This document shows, one piece after another, positions 10,796 through 20,490 of a stretch of 64,000 nt of DNA (the first letter of the stretch is position 1; each line of letters starts with the position of its first letter). The stretch is from Oligoflexales bacterium (GTDB lineage Bacteria; Bdellovibrionota_B; Oligoflexia; Oligoflexales; JAPPIL01), in NCBI GenBank assembly GCA_965215515.1, contig OZ244057.1, positions 1,152,001 to 1,216,000 on the forward strand, in the 5' to 3' direction. Both the position numbers and the translations under genes were made by a program. The notes under the pieces were generated by a model. It searched no databases. It saw nothing but the letters and a program-made list of their open reading frames with translations, and was not told the origin of the DNA.

Positions 10796-11170
10796 ATGTA
10801 TAGGCTTTTAGTGCTAACAGTATTTCAGGTGGCGCATGGTTGCGCCACAATGTTCGTCCAGACGAGCGACCGTATTACGGTTCGGAGCGAAACAAAGAGG
10901 GCGGAACTGTATCTCAACGACCGCTACCTCGGGTAGGGGCACGCCAGCGTGCGCGTGCCGAAGTATGGCGATTATGTGTTAACAGTAAAGAAGCGGGGGT
11001 GTGGAAGCATCAGCCGTCACATTGACAAGCAGTATTACCTAGGTTGGTTTTTTGCTGGGAATTGTTTATTCAGCTTCTGCTTGGGAATTTTAGTTGATCT
11101 GATGACAGGTGCGTGGATAGGACTGCATCAAAACAACTATGTCCTAGACCCAAACTGCGATGACGGCTAG
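10796..11170 (+). pseudogene. PEGA-like small lipoprotein with in-frame TAG at 10934-10936
   Basis: GGAGG RBS; MYRLLVLTVFQVAHGC lipobox-like; ORFs 10703 and 10949 share a frame; GILVDLMTGA C-terminal motif. Confidence 0.6.
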
Positions 11171-11186
11171 TTTTAGGAGGGCGTAA

Positions 11187-11690
11187 ATGTTTGACGTGCG
11201 TATGACAATTTTTGTGTGGCTCTTTTGTTTAACTCCGTCCTCTTGTGGGACGGAGGATCCAAGAAGTCTTCTACCAGGATTGCAGGAAACTGAAAGCCAA
11301 ACAAGCAAAGAAAACCTCAATACAAAACGGAAAATGCAAGAAGAGCAAGAAGAACAGGAAGAGCAGGAAGAGGAAAAAATTGTTGCATGCTATGGCAAAT
11401 GTTATACCCGCGAGGAATTTATCGACTATTGCATGGAAGCGTTCTGCGACAGTGACGGTTGTTTTTCGCTACCCGCCTGTCAGGGGCCTGCTGGTTGGGA
11501 AGAATCGCCGTCGCTAGCTATGTGCGAATACCATCAATGCCGGTTAGGAGGCTGCGATTATTGGGGACGAGAATGTGTACCTCGGAGTGATCCCCAACAA
11601 AAACAACCGTCATTAGAATTGTGCAAATACCACCAGTGCGAATTGGATGGTTGTGACCATTGGGGGGATTGTGTGCCTCGGAGTGAGTGA
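11187..11690 (+). CDS. Cys-rich secreted/lipoprotein with an acidic tract and a duplicated C-terminal motif
   Basis: AGGAGG RBS; LTPSSC; EEQ repeats; two copies of PSL..C.YHQC.L.GCD.WG..CVPRS. Confidence 0.7.
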   Translation: MFDVRMTIFVWLFCLTPSSCGTEDPRSLLPGLQETESQTSKENLNTKRKMQEEQEEQEEQEEEKIVACYGKCYTREEFIDYCMEAFCDSDGCFSLPACQGPAGWEESPSLAMCEYHQCRLGGCDYWGRECVPRSDPQQKQPSLELCKYHQCELDGCDHWGDCVPRSE

Positions 11691-11917
11691 AAAATGAAAG
11701 CCAGCCCGAAAATATCCCTACTTCACTGGGAGAAATCCGTGTGTATGAATTAGTAGAGGCAGGTATGGTACTGATCACACGCGATAGCCAGTGCCTGGTT
11801 TATGCTGCAAAACAGGGGGCGTTGGGAGATTACAAAATCTCTACTGGAGCAGATGTCCCCGCACACGTACAGAATGCGGTTGCCGGGGCATGGGCATTAC
11901 GTCAAAGGGCGTGCTAA
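11687..11917 (+). CDS. Small hypothetical protein
   Basis: GTGA overlap with the upstream stop. Confidence 0.45.
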   Translation: MKNESQPENIPTSLGEIRVYELVEAGMVLITRDSQCLVYAAKQGALGDYKISTGADVPAHVQNAVAGAWALRQRAC

Positions 11918-12090
11918 TTTCTTTCCTCGCCCCCACGACAGCCTAATCCACCGCGATGGCAGACATAGATAACTGTCCCTATACCCGCTATACCTATCCA
12001 CAACACGGTATTGTTGCGCCTGCCGAGGCGTTTCTTTATTCCCTCTGCGATTAGTTTGACCGTCCGCTGGTCGCTCCCCATGCGGGAAGC

Positions 12091-13001
12091 CCTGAGTTCC
12101 GTGGGTAGGGCGCTTAATTTAATTTTTTGGGCGACGGAAGGCCTGATTTTGCGGTGTTTTGTCAGTCTTCCTTTTTGTAGTGCCTGACCAACTTTTTCTA
12201 TTGGCAGAGGTTGTGGGGGGTGCTACGATGAGGGCATGTTTGTACGTAAGAAAACATCCCCCAGATCTAGCAGCATTGCAGTGCAAATCGTCGAGAACAG
12301 GCGGACGGGGAGGAAAAAAAATGACACACCCAAACAGAAAGTCCTGCGACACGTCGGCACTGCTGAGCATCCCCGCGCACTATACCAGATCTTCTCGCCT
12401 TCGCCGCAACGATCATGCAGCGCATGGAGCATGACAGCTCCCCCCTCTTCAGCGATCAGCCGTTCACTCCTTCGTCCCACAAGGGGCGACGCAACGAAGA
12501 TTTTGTCGATAAGATATATCGCGTGCTGGATCAGCTGGACAGCGGTAGAGTCAAAGATCTGATCCGCAGAGCAACGCTGGGCATTATGCAGGAGAAGGTC
12601 AGTGTTTGTTTTACGATGTTACCACGCTACATTGGGATGGCATCAGCGGGTATATTACCAATTCCAAGCAGCCCGAGGGGAAGGTAATAGCCTCTTACCG
12701 TCGCCTGTGGGAAATCGAAGAAGCTTTTCGCATTTCCAAACACGATCTCAAAATGCGTCCCATATTCCACCGCAAAGGCGATCGTATCAGGGCACATCAA
12801 GACAGGAGAGCTGTGCGGCACGCCTAACATAAAAGACTCCCCGCGGGCCAAAAACCTCTGCCGCATCGTCGGACTGAAATGCTCCTCTGCACCCTTTAAG
12901 CTCTAAATTACTGCGCAAAACTTGCGCACATGTAGTGCCCTACACAGGAAGCACATCCCTGTAATTACAGTATGTTGGGAAATTTACCCGCGGAACTCAG
13001 G
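12091..13001 (+). mobile_element. IS1634-like element, heavily deleted
   Basis: Ends CCTGAGTTCCGTGGG / CCCGCGGAACTCAGG; MFVRKK...VQIVEN.R...QKVLRHVG, FYDVTTL, YRRLWEIEEAFRISKHDLKMRPIFH. Confidence 0.85.
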
Positions 13002-13042
13002 ACAACATCGATGTTTCAGTTGCTAGGTGACAGGGTATACTA

Positions 13043-15158
13043 GGGCGTGTCGCCGTTTTGATTCTATTATTTTAACAACTCCCTAGTGTTGCGTGGCATA
13101 GCGTGGATGACCAGACAACAATGCATCCAAGTAAGAGCATGCCTTCGTAGTTTCTTTTCAGCTTTTCATATCGTGTGGCAATAGACCTGAAGTGTTTTAG
13201 CCTTGCAAATAAATTCTCAACCTTAGGCCTGAGTTTATATGCTTCTTTACAGAAAGACTCGTTCTTTTTACTAGAATTACTCCTTCTTGGTATGACAGGA
13301 TTGCCCCCGTTATTTTTGGTTATTTCTCTTATCTTATCATCATCGTAGCATTTATCAGCTCGGTAATGACAAAATCAACAGGTCGAGCCATACTGTCTGC
13401 TACCATACTAAAATGACGTTGCCAGCTTGAGGCAAATTCTCAAGCAATTCTTCGGCCATCACAGCGTCATGCACCTGCCCTTCGGTAATGACAAAATCAA
13501 CAGGTCGAGCCATACTGTCTGCTACCATACTAATCTTCGTCGTGTGGCCACCAACTGACTTGCCAATAGCGGCCTCTTCGCCTTTGCGAGTGGAGTTGCT
13601 CCCAAAAAGCGGACAGTCTACCCAGCCTGTTGAAACTCCATGTACATCCTAGGTGACATCATGCCAAGTGCTTTGTGTGGTGCAACGTTGTTGTATTCAT
13701 CAAACCAGACATGCAATTTTTGCTTGACCACATCTGCTGAACTCAAGTTACTGACATAGGCATAGTCTCGTTTAAAAGTTTTCACGAACGCCTCCGCCAT
13801 ACCATTGCTTGCGGGGCTGTATGGTCTCGTAGTACAAACATCAAAGCCCAGATACTTGGCAAACGTTGTCGTCTGCCTAGCAACGTAACAGGGCCATTAT
13901 CCGATAGCCACTGTATTCTGTGCGGCAATTCATCGCCAAAACGTGCACCTACACAGTCAACCATCAAGTCTCTAACGAGACCACCATCAACGCCGCATGT
14001 CGAGCACGCCCAGCTGATTACCTCACGATCGTGGCAATCCATGGCAAACACAACCTCGAGACACTCCCCGTTATCGCACTGGATTCTGAAAGTATCCGAA
14101 CACCATCGAGTGTTGCTCCTCAACGTGGCCACCTTACCTTCGTGAACCCTTGTTGGCCTCGACGCATGCCTTCTCAACAGAAGATTATTGCGCTTCATGA
14201 TCCTGTAAACACGTTTATGATTGACCGCTGAAACAGCAAGGTCTCGTCGCAGCATGGCAGTCACCCGACGATACCCATAGGTGACCTTCGTGCGGATGAT
14301 CGCTAAAATACGCCGCAGAACGCTGCTGTCGCTCTTTTTCTGCCGCGAGAGCCTCTCCGAGTTACCCCTCATCTGCTTGTAGTAGTTAGACCTCGATGCC
14401 CCTAAAGCACGACAAATAGCCTTCACTGGAAACCTTCCACCCCTTGCAATGGTTTGTACGAAATCAACTTTTTTTTTCTGGCCACGAGCGAGACCGACAT
14501 GCCTGGTTGATAGGTTTCCATGACTATGGCCTGCTTTTCCGCTGGCCCCCACATCCGCCTTTTCCTGGTTAGAGAAAGCGGAACATCACCTTGCCGTTGC
14601 TCTGCAACAACGGCCGCTCCCTCTCTATCGGGTGCCTCCGAACTTACGAAACGATCACTAACCATAACTGAACTCCTCTACGTGAATTGTTAGAAGCCGA
14701 TAGGGTGTCCGCTTTTTACGGGGGCATCTACAGCGAGCACCGCTGCTGTGTTGATGTGCCTTGACGATCGTAGCGTCTATGGACACGTTGCCCAGATCAC
14801 AATGTACCAGATAGCTGTCAAAGACAGATTGCAGCTTACCGCTCTTTCCTCAGTCCGTAAAGCGTTTGTGCAGTGCTCGCCAGTCGCCGTATTTTTCAGG
14901 CACACATCGCCACGGACACCCTGACTTTAGCTTAAAAAATACCACGCACAGTCAGACGCAGCCTCTTCTTGCGATACACGCCCGCCTCCAACAGTTTGTT
15001 TTTAAGTATTGACCATTGTTCATCTGTGAGTACAATGCCTCTCATGGGCAGACCTCTGGAAATTATTGTCATGTCTTTCCATATGATGCAGGTTTGCCCT
15101 ACTAATTACAAGTGATTAGCACACACAAAAAATTATTAAACGAAACGGCGACACGCCC
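13043..15158 (-). mobile_element. IS5-family copy D, full span, interrupted by an IS3 element
   Basis: Both ends next to CTAG; collinear with copies A and B. Confidence 0.9.
13591..14732 (-). mobile_element. IS3-family (IS2-like) element, degenerate, with 5-bp target duplication GCGAG
   Basis: TG...CA imperfect IRs; OrfA RRMWGPAEKQAIVMETYQPGMSVSLVAR; OrfB YGYRR, NHKRVYR, RWCSD, WLSDNG, AEAFVKTFKRDY; GCGAG at 13586-90 and 14733-37. Confidence 0.92.
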
Positions 15159-15211
15159 TAGTCAGGCCTTCTAAAGGCATTATCTTGGCATCACCAACTC
15201 CAACATCTATA

Positions 15212-15274
15212 TGAACTCCTATACGTGATTGTGAGAAACCGATAGGGTGTCCGTTTTTTACGGGAGCATCTGCA
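15212..15274 (-). mobile_element. Diverged IS3 left-end stub overlapping the lipoprotein stop
   Basis: TGCAGATGCTCCCGTAAAAAACGGACACCCTATCGG... Confidence 0.8.
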
Positions 15275-16508
15275 CGATGTCGCGGTAGATATGGCGGTAA
15301 TCGTTTTCGTCGTCAATCGAACCGAGATAATCTACCAAGCGTTGTCCGCCACCGTCGATGGCGTAGTTTTCAAAATCCGACCAATCTACTCGTATCTTCA
15401 TCGTCTTTTCCCTAAGTTCAGCATATCTTTCGTGATACATACCAACAGTTGAATCCGCGGGAATCAGTAAAGGTTTGAGTTCTGTTGCCGATGCCCTTTC
15501 GGATCGGAAAACATAGTCCGGATACGGATATCGAAACAGATCACCATCCGTAGATGTTAAGCCGTAGAGACGATAACGGCGTTCAAGGGTAGCGCGTTGA
15601 CCGTGCAGATAACCTAAATCTCGCAAAATTTGTTCAATATCGGGCATGGTGCACAGATGGCTGACCACACAGAGCGTTGAGGGTAGTGAGGCGAGAACTA
15701 CGACAACCAGGAACGCATCTTCTCTGAGCCAAGATTGGCCACATTTCACTTTGCTAGCAGCATCGTAGGAATGTGTTGAAATTAAACCGTTTTTCATTTT
15801 CCGGTATTGGACGAACAGCTTACCGTCTATGTCTAGCCGGACGGCACCGTCTGCTAGCTCTACATAGCTGAAATCACGACCTGATTGATCAGTGTAGTTG
15901 CTCGTCCCCGGTTCGGGAAGTGTCGCCTTCAAACTCAAATCAGAAGTATGAAAATCGGTCAGCGCGGTCGTTATCCTGTTCAGAGGGCGTTGGTAATATC
16001 CGCCCGGCACACCGCGGCCGGGACCATGATACTTGCCGTCTCTTGCTAGGAGGCGTTCTAGGATCGTCTGTTCAAAAGCTGCTTCTAGTGCGGTCACCGG
16101 ATCTGGGGTCGAGTTTTTGGTAATGACGGGTTGAATGCAGTAATCACCGATCAACGCGATTTGGTAGTTGCTACCTGCAATCTGATCGGGTAGTTCTCTC
16201 AGCAAAGCGAGCATTTTTTCTGTCTGCTTTTTATCTCTCTGGGCGTAAAGACCCTGCGGGCTATAGCGATGTTGTAAAGAAGGGTCGACAACTAGCAACA
16301 CGTCTAGCGGGGGTAACTCAACTTGAGCTGTTGCCTCTTGAGCTGTTGCCTCTTGAGCTGTTGCCTCTTGAGCTGTTGCCTCTTGAGCTGCTGCCTCTTG
16401 AGCTGCTGTTTTCTGGTCAGTGACCAGTCCACTCACTTGACACGCGATCGCAGCCGATAACAAACCGGTACCGACCAATCTCGATTTCATAATCCCATCC
16501 CCAATCAT
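15258..16508 (-). CDS. vWA-like lipoprotein with AQEAT repeats
   Basis: MKSRLVGTGLLSAAIAC lipobox; LDVLLVVDPS; similar to genes at 32361 and 33424. Confidence 0.7.
   Translation of the reverse strand: MIGDGIMKSRLVGTGLLSAAIACQVSGLVTDQKTAAQEAAAQEATAQEATAQEATAQEATAQVELPPLDVLLVVDPSLQHRYSPQGLYAQRDKKQTEKMLALLRELPDQIAGSNYQIALIGDYCIQPVITKNSTPDPVTALEAAFEQTILERLLARDGKYHGPGRGVPGGYYQRPLNRITTALTDFHTSDLSLKATLPEPGTSNYTDQSGRDFSYVELADGAVRLDIDGKLFVQYRKMKNGLISTHSYDAASKVKCGQSWLREDAFLVVVVLASLPSTLCVVSHLCTMPDIEQILRDLGYLHGQRATLERRYRLYGLTSTDGDLFRYPYPDYVFRSERASATELKPLLIPADSTVGMYHERYAELREKTMKIRVDWSDFENYAIDGGGQRLVDYLGSIDDENDYRHIYRDIVQMLP
16322..16407. repeat. 15-bp coding tandem repeat (CTTGAGCTGTTGCCT), about 5.7 copies
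   Basis: Directly visible; encodes AQEAT. Confidence 0.95.
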
Positions 16509-16591
16509 TGTTTACCCCCAAGGTCGATTTGGTTATCGGTCGTATTTTGTATTTTTTTAGTTTTTTCTGAGTTCCGTGGCATTGTTGTCTG

Positions 16592-16673
16592 TGTAGATGC
16601 CCCCGCAAAAAGCGGACACCCTATCGGCTTTTAACAATCACGTAGAGGAGTTCAGTTATGGTTAGTGATCGTT
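16592..16673 (+). mobile_element. Orphan IS3 left-end stub (82 bp)
   Basis: Matches the left end through ATGGTTAGTGATCGTT. Confidence 0.9.
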
Positions 16674-17384
16674 CCGCATCTGGATGTGTTGCAAGGCACG
16701 TTCAAGCAGAGTGAATTTGCTGCCGACTTGACCCAAGTTGGGCATGGCACAGCCACACCTGAGTATAGCGAAGCACAAAAATTGCTAGGTTTGTGCATGC
16801 CCAACCATACTATTGCTAACTACGAGGATGTGCTAAAGAGTTGCGTCTCACTCATCTTGAGGAGTTATACTCGTGGGCTTTGTTCGTCACAAACAAAGAA
16901 GATTTGCGAGAAGAGTATGACCAAAGAGCTAGCTCTTACCTACATCCTGATAAGGCTGGAACCTGTATCACTACTGAAAAGAATTATCAAGATGGCCTGC
17001 CCACCAAAGGGATTATCTGCTGATTTCTTTGCAGGGTGTGCCAGTACTATTAGTGCAGCACATGAACTTAATTACAAGTGGCTTGGCTGCGATGTCTCTA
17101 AAGATGCTATTGCTGTTATTCGCAAGCGTATGGTCAAAGAGCATAAACTGAGAGTTGACGTAATCAGGGTTGGTACTTTGTCTAGAAAAGAAATCTATAA
17201 GCTTAGTCCCTTTGAGTTTGAAAAGAAAATGGTATCATTATTGCAAAAAGCTTTGCTAAAACTGCTTATGAAGAGGTTGATCGCTTATTTAATGAAGAAA
17301 GGTTGTCAATTGATCTTGTTCCTAGCGACGACATCATACGAGATGCGGCATAGACCCAAAACCCTCAAACCAAAATACTTTTAG
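16674..17384 (+). pseudogene. Chimeric remnant: DUF499-like ATPase N-terminus + N4/N6 DNA methylase C-terminus + Mrr-like piece
   Basis: PHLDVLQGTFKQSEFAADL; LLKRIIKMACPP.G..ADFFAG...AAHEL..KWLGCD; LSPFEFE. Confidence 0.65.
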
Positions 17385-17751
17385 TATAGACAATGCCTTT
17401 CTTGCCCCAAAAAGTAACAGGTGGGTCGATAACTTTAACAATCTCAACATGCCAACCCCATTTTGGTTTCTTCCATGCCCAGGGTGAGTTTTTATCTGTG
17501 CGGTGGTAATGATAATCGGCATAGAAAGTTTTGCGGTTGGGGTATTTTAAGCACTTGGTGAATTTGATGATAGCTGTAGCACGAGACTTGAACTTACCTC
17601 TTTGGCCTGGGGTTTCGATAAGTAGCATCTCCTTGTTAAGATAATGTGGTGGGAGAGGATAAGTGCGAGTTTCAATGATTTTTTTGCCTGCAATGATTTC
17701 TCTGGAGATAGGCCATTGAATGTTGATACCTGTGTAGGTTTTTTTAGTCAT
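17365..17751 (-). CDS. ASCH/PUA-like domain protein
   Basis: GINIQWP...IIAGKKIIETR (GxKxxExR signature), WGW; overlaps upstream stop by 8 nt. Confidence 0.75.
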   Translation of the reverse strand: MTKKTYTGINIQWPISREIIAGKKIIETRTYPLPPHYLNKEMLLIETPGQRGKFKSRATAIIKFTKCLKYPNRKTFYADYHYHRTDKNSPWAWKKPKWGWHVEIVKVIDPPVTFWGKKGIVYTKSILV

Positions 17752-19132
17752 GATGGTTGAGGGGGCGATGCAAAGTGCTTTTGTCGTAAGGCTTGAGGCA
17801 CTTGTTGTTAGTGTGTTTCATGCGCACATCCCAAGTTATATCACGCGCGGTTTTGGTTTTAGCAAACTTCTCGACGCGATCTATGGCATTGCAACAATCC
17901 TTCTTATTAGACCACAGGTCTTGATCTTGCCAAAAATGACTTTCGCCATTGCCGATGTAACAGGTGGTGAATTGCATGCCTCTTTGTTTACACTTGGCAT
18001 GAATGCGTTCATAGTAGGCTCTGATCTCGGCATCGCTATAGTGAAAGTCTCGTGATTTTTTCTCGGTGAAGATCGCCGTCTTTTTAGTATCGTCGCGGTA
18101 AAATTCTCGCAAATTTCGCCCGCTAGCCTTTTCTATTTGATTGAGAGAAAAACTCGAAAGTCTGACGATACCCGCTAAAATCGCTGGCACGCCGTGTTCA
18201 GCAACAGCATCAACTATCTCAAAACTGGAATAGTGGAAAGGCTCAGGCATATTGTTACGATCAAAGTTAGGATCAGTGAAATAACCATCGGGATAGATAG
18301 GAAAGAAGGGGTTAAGCCTTGCCGTTGTCCAAAAGCCATTGCGCACCAGCTTTTGTAAAGCCAGCAATCGCCGCTTAGCGCTGGGTGCACCTGGCTCTAT
18401 CTGACGGTTCATGGCATCGTCAATCGAAGCAATACTCATCTGTATTGAACAAAGATCAGCACGTAGCAACTGCATATATTCATCGTGGGCAATCAAATCG
18501 GAACGCGTAAAGATGATATAAGGATAATCGTAGTAGTTGAGAATTTTGAGCAGTTCTTGTGTGACTTGGTATTTCTTATCTATAAACATGAAAGAATCAG
18601 ACATCGAGCCGATGCGCAGTGGCACACGCATCTTAAGCATTTCTCGCCAGCGAGACATGTTATCGGTCTCAAAGGCATAGTAAAAAGTTTTCCAGATTTC
18701 AGTAATATCGACAGGCATGGGGAAAGGACGATTCCAGTAGGCATGCACGGTAAGTTCAGCCTTGGCATAGCAGTAGACACAGTTGTGAATACAGCCCCGC
18801 CCATAAGTATCGACTTCAAAAGCATAGAGGCATTGCTGGCAAGTGTTGTGACTGTTGACCAGCTTAAAGGGACTTTGAAACACCACCCCGCCGCGTGGTG
18901 GACGAGCCGCAAACCTAGTTTCTAGCCGTTTATAGATCTCAAAATCGAATTCACAAGGATAGTTAGACAGCTTGGCAAGCTTCGTTGCTCGCTCAGCAAT
19001 CCTATCGAACTTGGGTGTCGCAGGCTGTGGCGGCCTGTCCACACGAGGGAAGGGGATAACATTACTGACACTGCTGGGGGTAAGCGTATCCATAACGATA
19101 CCAACGTATGCCTCAACAGCCCCTGCTGTCAA
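17744..19132 (-). CDS. Radical SAM protein, spore-photoproduct-lyase-like family
   Basis: DTYGRGCIHNCVYCYA (CxxxCxxC), IGSMSD, IFTRS, IEPGAPSAKRRL; start may be MDTLT at 19093. Confidence 0.85.
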   Translation of the reverse strand: MTAGAVEAYVGIVMDTLTPSSVSNVIPFPRVDRPPQPATPKFDRIAERATKLAKLSNYPCEFDFEIYKRLETRFAARPPRGGVVFQSPFKLVNSHNTCQQCLYAFEVDTYGRGCIHNCVYCYAKAELTVHAYWNRPFPMPVDITEIWKTFYYAFETDNMSRWREMLKMRVPLRIGSMSDSFMFIDKKYQVTQELLKILNYYDYPYIIFTRSDLIAHDEYMQLLRADLCSIQMSIASIDDAMNRQIEPGAPSAKRRLLALQKLVRNGFWTTARLNPFFPIYPDGYFTDPNFDRNNMPEPFHYSSFEIVDAVAEHGVPAILAGIVRLSSFSLNQIEKASGRNLREFYRDDTKKTAIFTEKKSRDFHYSDAEIRAYYERIHAKCKQRGMQFTTCYIGNGESHFWQDQDLWSNKKDCCNAIDRVEKFAKTKTARDITWDVRMKHTNNKCLKPYDKSTLHRPLNHHD

Positions 19133-19208
19133 GGAGAGGGGAGTTGTATAGGTATATTATCTCCAGTATGGAGCATAACTAGCTGACATTAATAGATTTA
19201 TACACAGA

Positions 19209-19260
19209 CGTAAAAAGCGGACACCCTATCGGCTTCTAACAATCACGTAGAGGAGTTCAG
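19209..19260 (+). mobile_element. IS3 left-end stub lacking its outer tip; marks the island right edge
   Basis: CGTAAAAAGCGGACACC...GAGGAGTTCAG. Confidence 0.85.
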
Positions 19261-19317
19261 GTACAACTTACCTGTTCAAATAGTTTATTTTTCTGCGTAA
19301 GATATGCTCACCCACTG

Positions 19318-20400
19318 GTGTCGAGTTTCTCGGTAGGGCTGCACCGTGTCAGGAAGGAGCGGGACGCATTGACGGAAGTTTTGCACCGCGCACTGCAGAC
19401 GAAGACTCTTACCCATGTTTACGCGTCCTGCGGATTTTTGCCGCAATCCCAGCCACGCTACCGCTTCACCCACCTGCCCGCGGCGCGTAGCGTTTTCGAC
19501 CTGGCCAGCCTCACGAAGGCGTTGGTAACCCTCCCCCTCTATACACACGCAGCACTGTCGGGAAAACTGTCCTTCGCATCTCCCGTCGCCTCTTTGCTAC
19601 AAGACAGCGAGCACGAGCTGTGCGACGCACTGGCACAGCTACGTATCGCTGACCTACTCGCCCATCGCAGCGGGTTACCCGCGTGGCGCAATTTCTGGAT
19701 CGGAATGCTGGGGAAAACACAGACCCTCACCACAGCAGACACCATCGCGCTGCTCAATCGCAGTGCAACCCACCTGCAGAACAGGCAACCACACTACAGC
19801 GATCTCAATTATATCCTGGCGGGTATCTGCTTGGAAATTTGGCAAAAAAAATCGCTCGCTACCCTATTCAGCGAATTTTACCGCACTCAGCTGCATTATG
19901 CCCCCCGCCTTTGTTTCGGTTTCTGTCCCGTTGCCCGTGAACGCACCGTGCCCAGTGCCTATTGCCAGATCAGAAAACGTCTCTTGCAAGGCGAGGTACA
20001 TGACGAAAATTGCGCTGCGCACGGCGGCGTAAGTGGACATGCAGGCCTCTTCGCGAGCGGCGATGATCTCGTCGCCTATCTGCGCACACTGTTCACCCAC
20101 GCAGTCGGTCGAGAAATTTTGCGCCACAACAAAAACCTGCTCGCTAGCACTACCTCCCCTCAGCTGCTGGGTATGCAGCGCGGGGCGAACGGCGTACTGT
20201 CCGCACAAGGCACGCTGCTCGGACATCTCGGTTTCACAGGTGTTTCTTTTTGGCTCGACCTGCGGCAAGACAGCTATCAGGTGTTGCTGAGCAACCGCAC
20301 GATCAACGCACGCCTCGTCCCCCACTTCCATACCCTCCGCCAACAAGTGTACCGCACACTGCAGGAAAAATTGGCTGACAGTTCAGCCGCCACTAAATAA
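19318..20400 (+). CDS. Serine hydrolase, beta-lactamase/class C-like family
   Basis: FDLASLTK, LLAHRSGL, YSDLNY, GEVHDEN, GHAGLF, GHLGFTG; start uncertain. Confidence 0.88.
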   Translation: MSSFSVGLHRVRKERDALTEVLHRALQTKTLTHVYASCGFLPQSQPRYRFTHLPAARSVFDLASLTKALVTLPLYTHAALSGKLSFASPVASLLQDSEHELCDALAQLRIADLLAHRSGLPAWRNFWIGMLGKTQTLTTADTIALLNRSATHLQNRQPHYSDLNYILAGICLEIWQKKSLATLFSEFYRTQLHYAPRLCFGFCPVARERTVPSAYCQIRKRLLQGEVHDENCAAHGGVSGHAGLFASGDDLVAYLRTLFTHAVGREILRHNKNLLASTTSPQLLGMQRGANGVLSAQGTLLGHLGFTGVSFWLDLRQDSYQVLLSNRTINARLVPHFHTLRQQVYRTLQEKLADSSAATK

Positions 20401-20490
20401 CTAAATTTATTGATAAAAAAATGAATAACCTAACGAGTAGGCTAAAATTTACCGATGGAAGGGTGCTGGCGGTTAAGCGAGTGTGCGAAC

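Noticed and set aside
10934..10936. Pyrrolysine/amber readthrough
   Set aside because: No pyl genes seen; TAG is a normal stop in rpsO, carD and fusA; the region is full of pseudogenes
1300..19300. Prophage
   Set aside because: No terminase, capsid, portal or tail genes recognised
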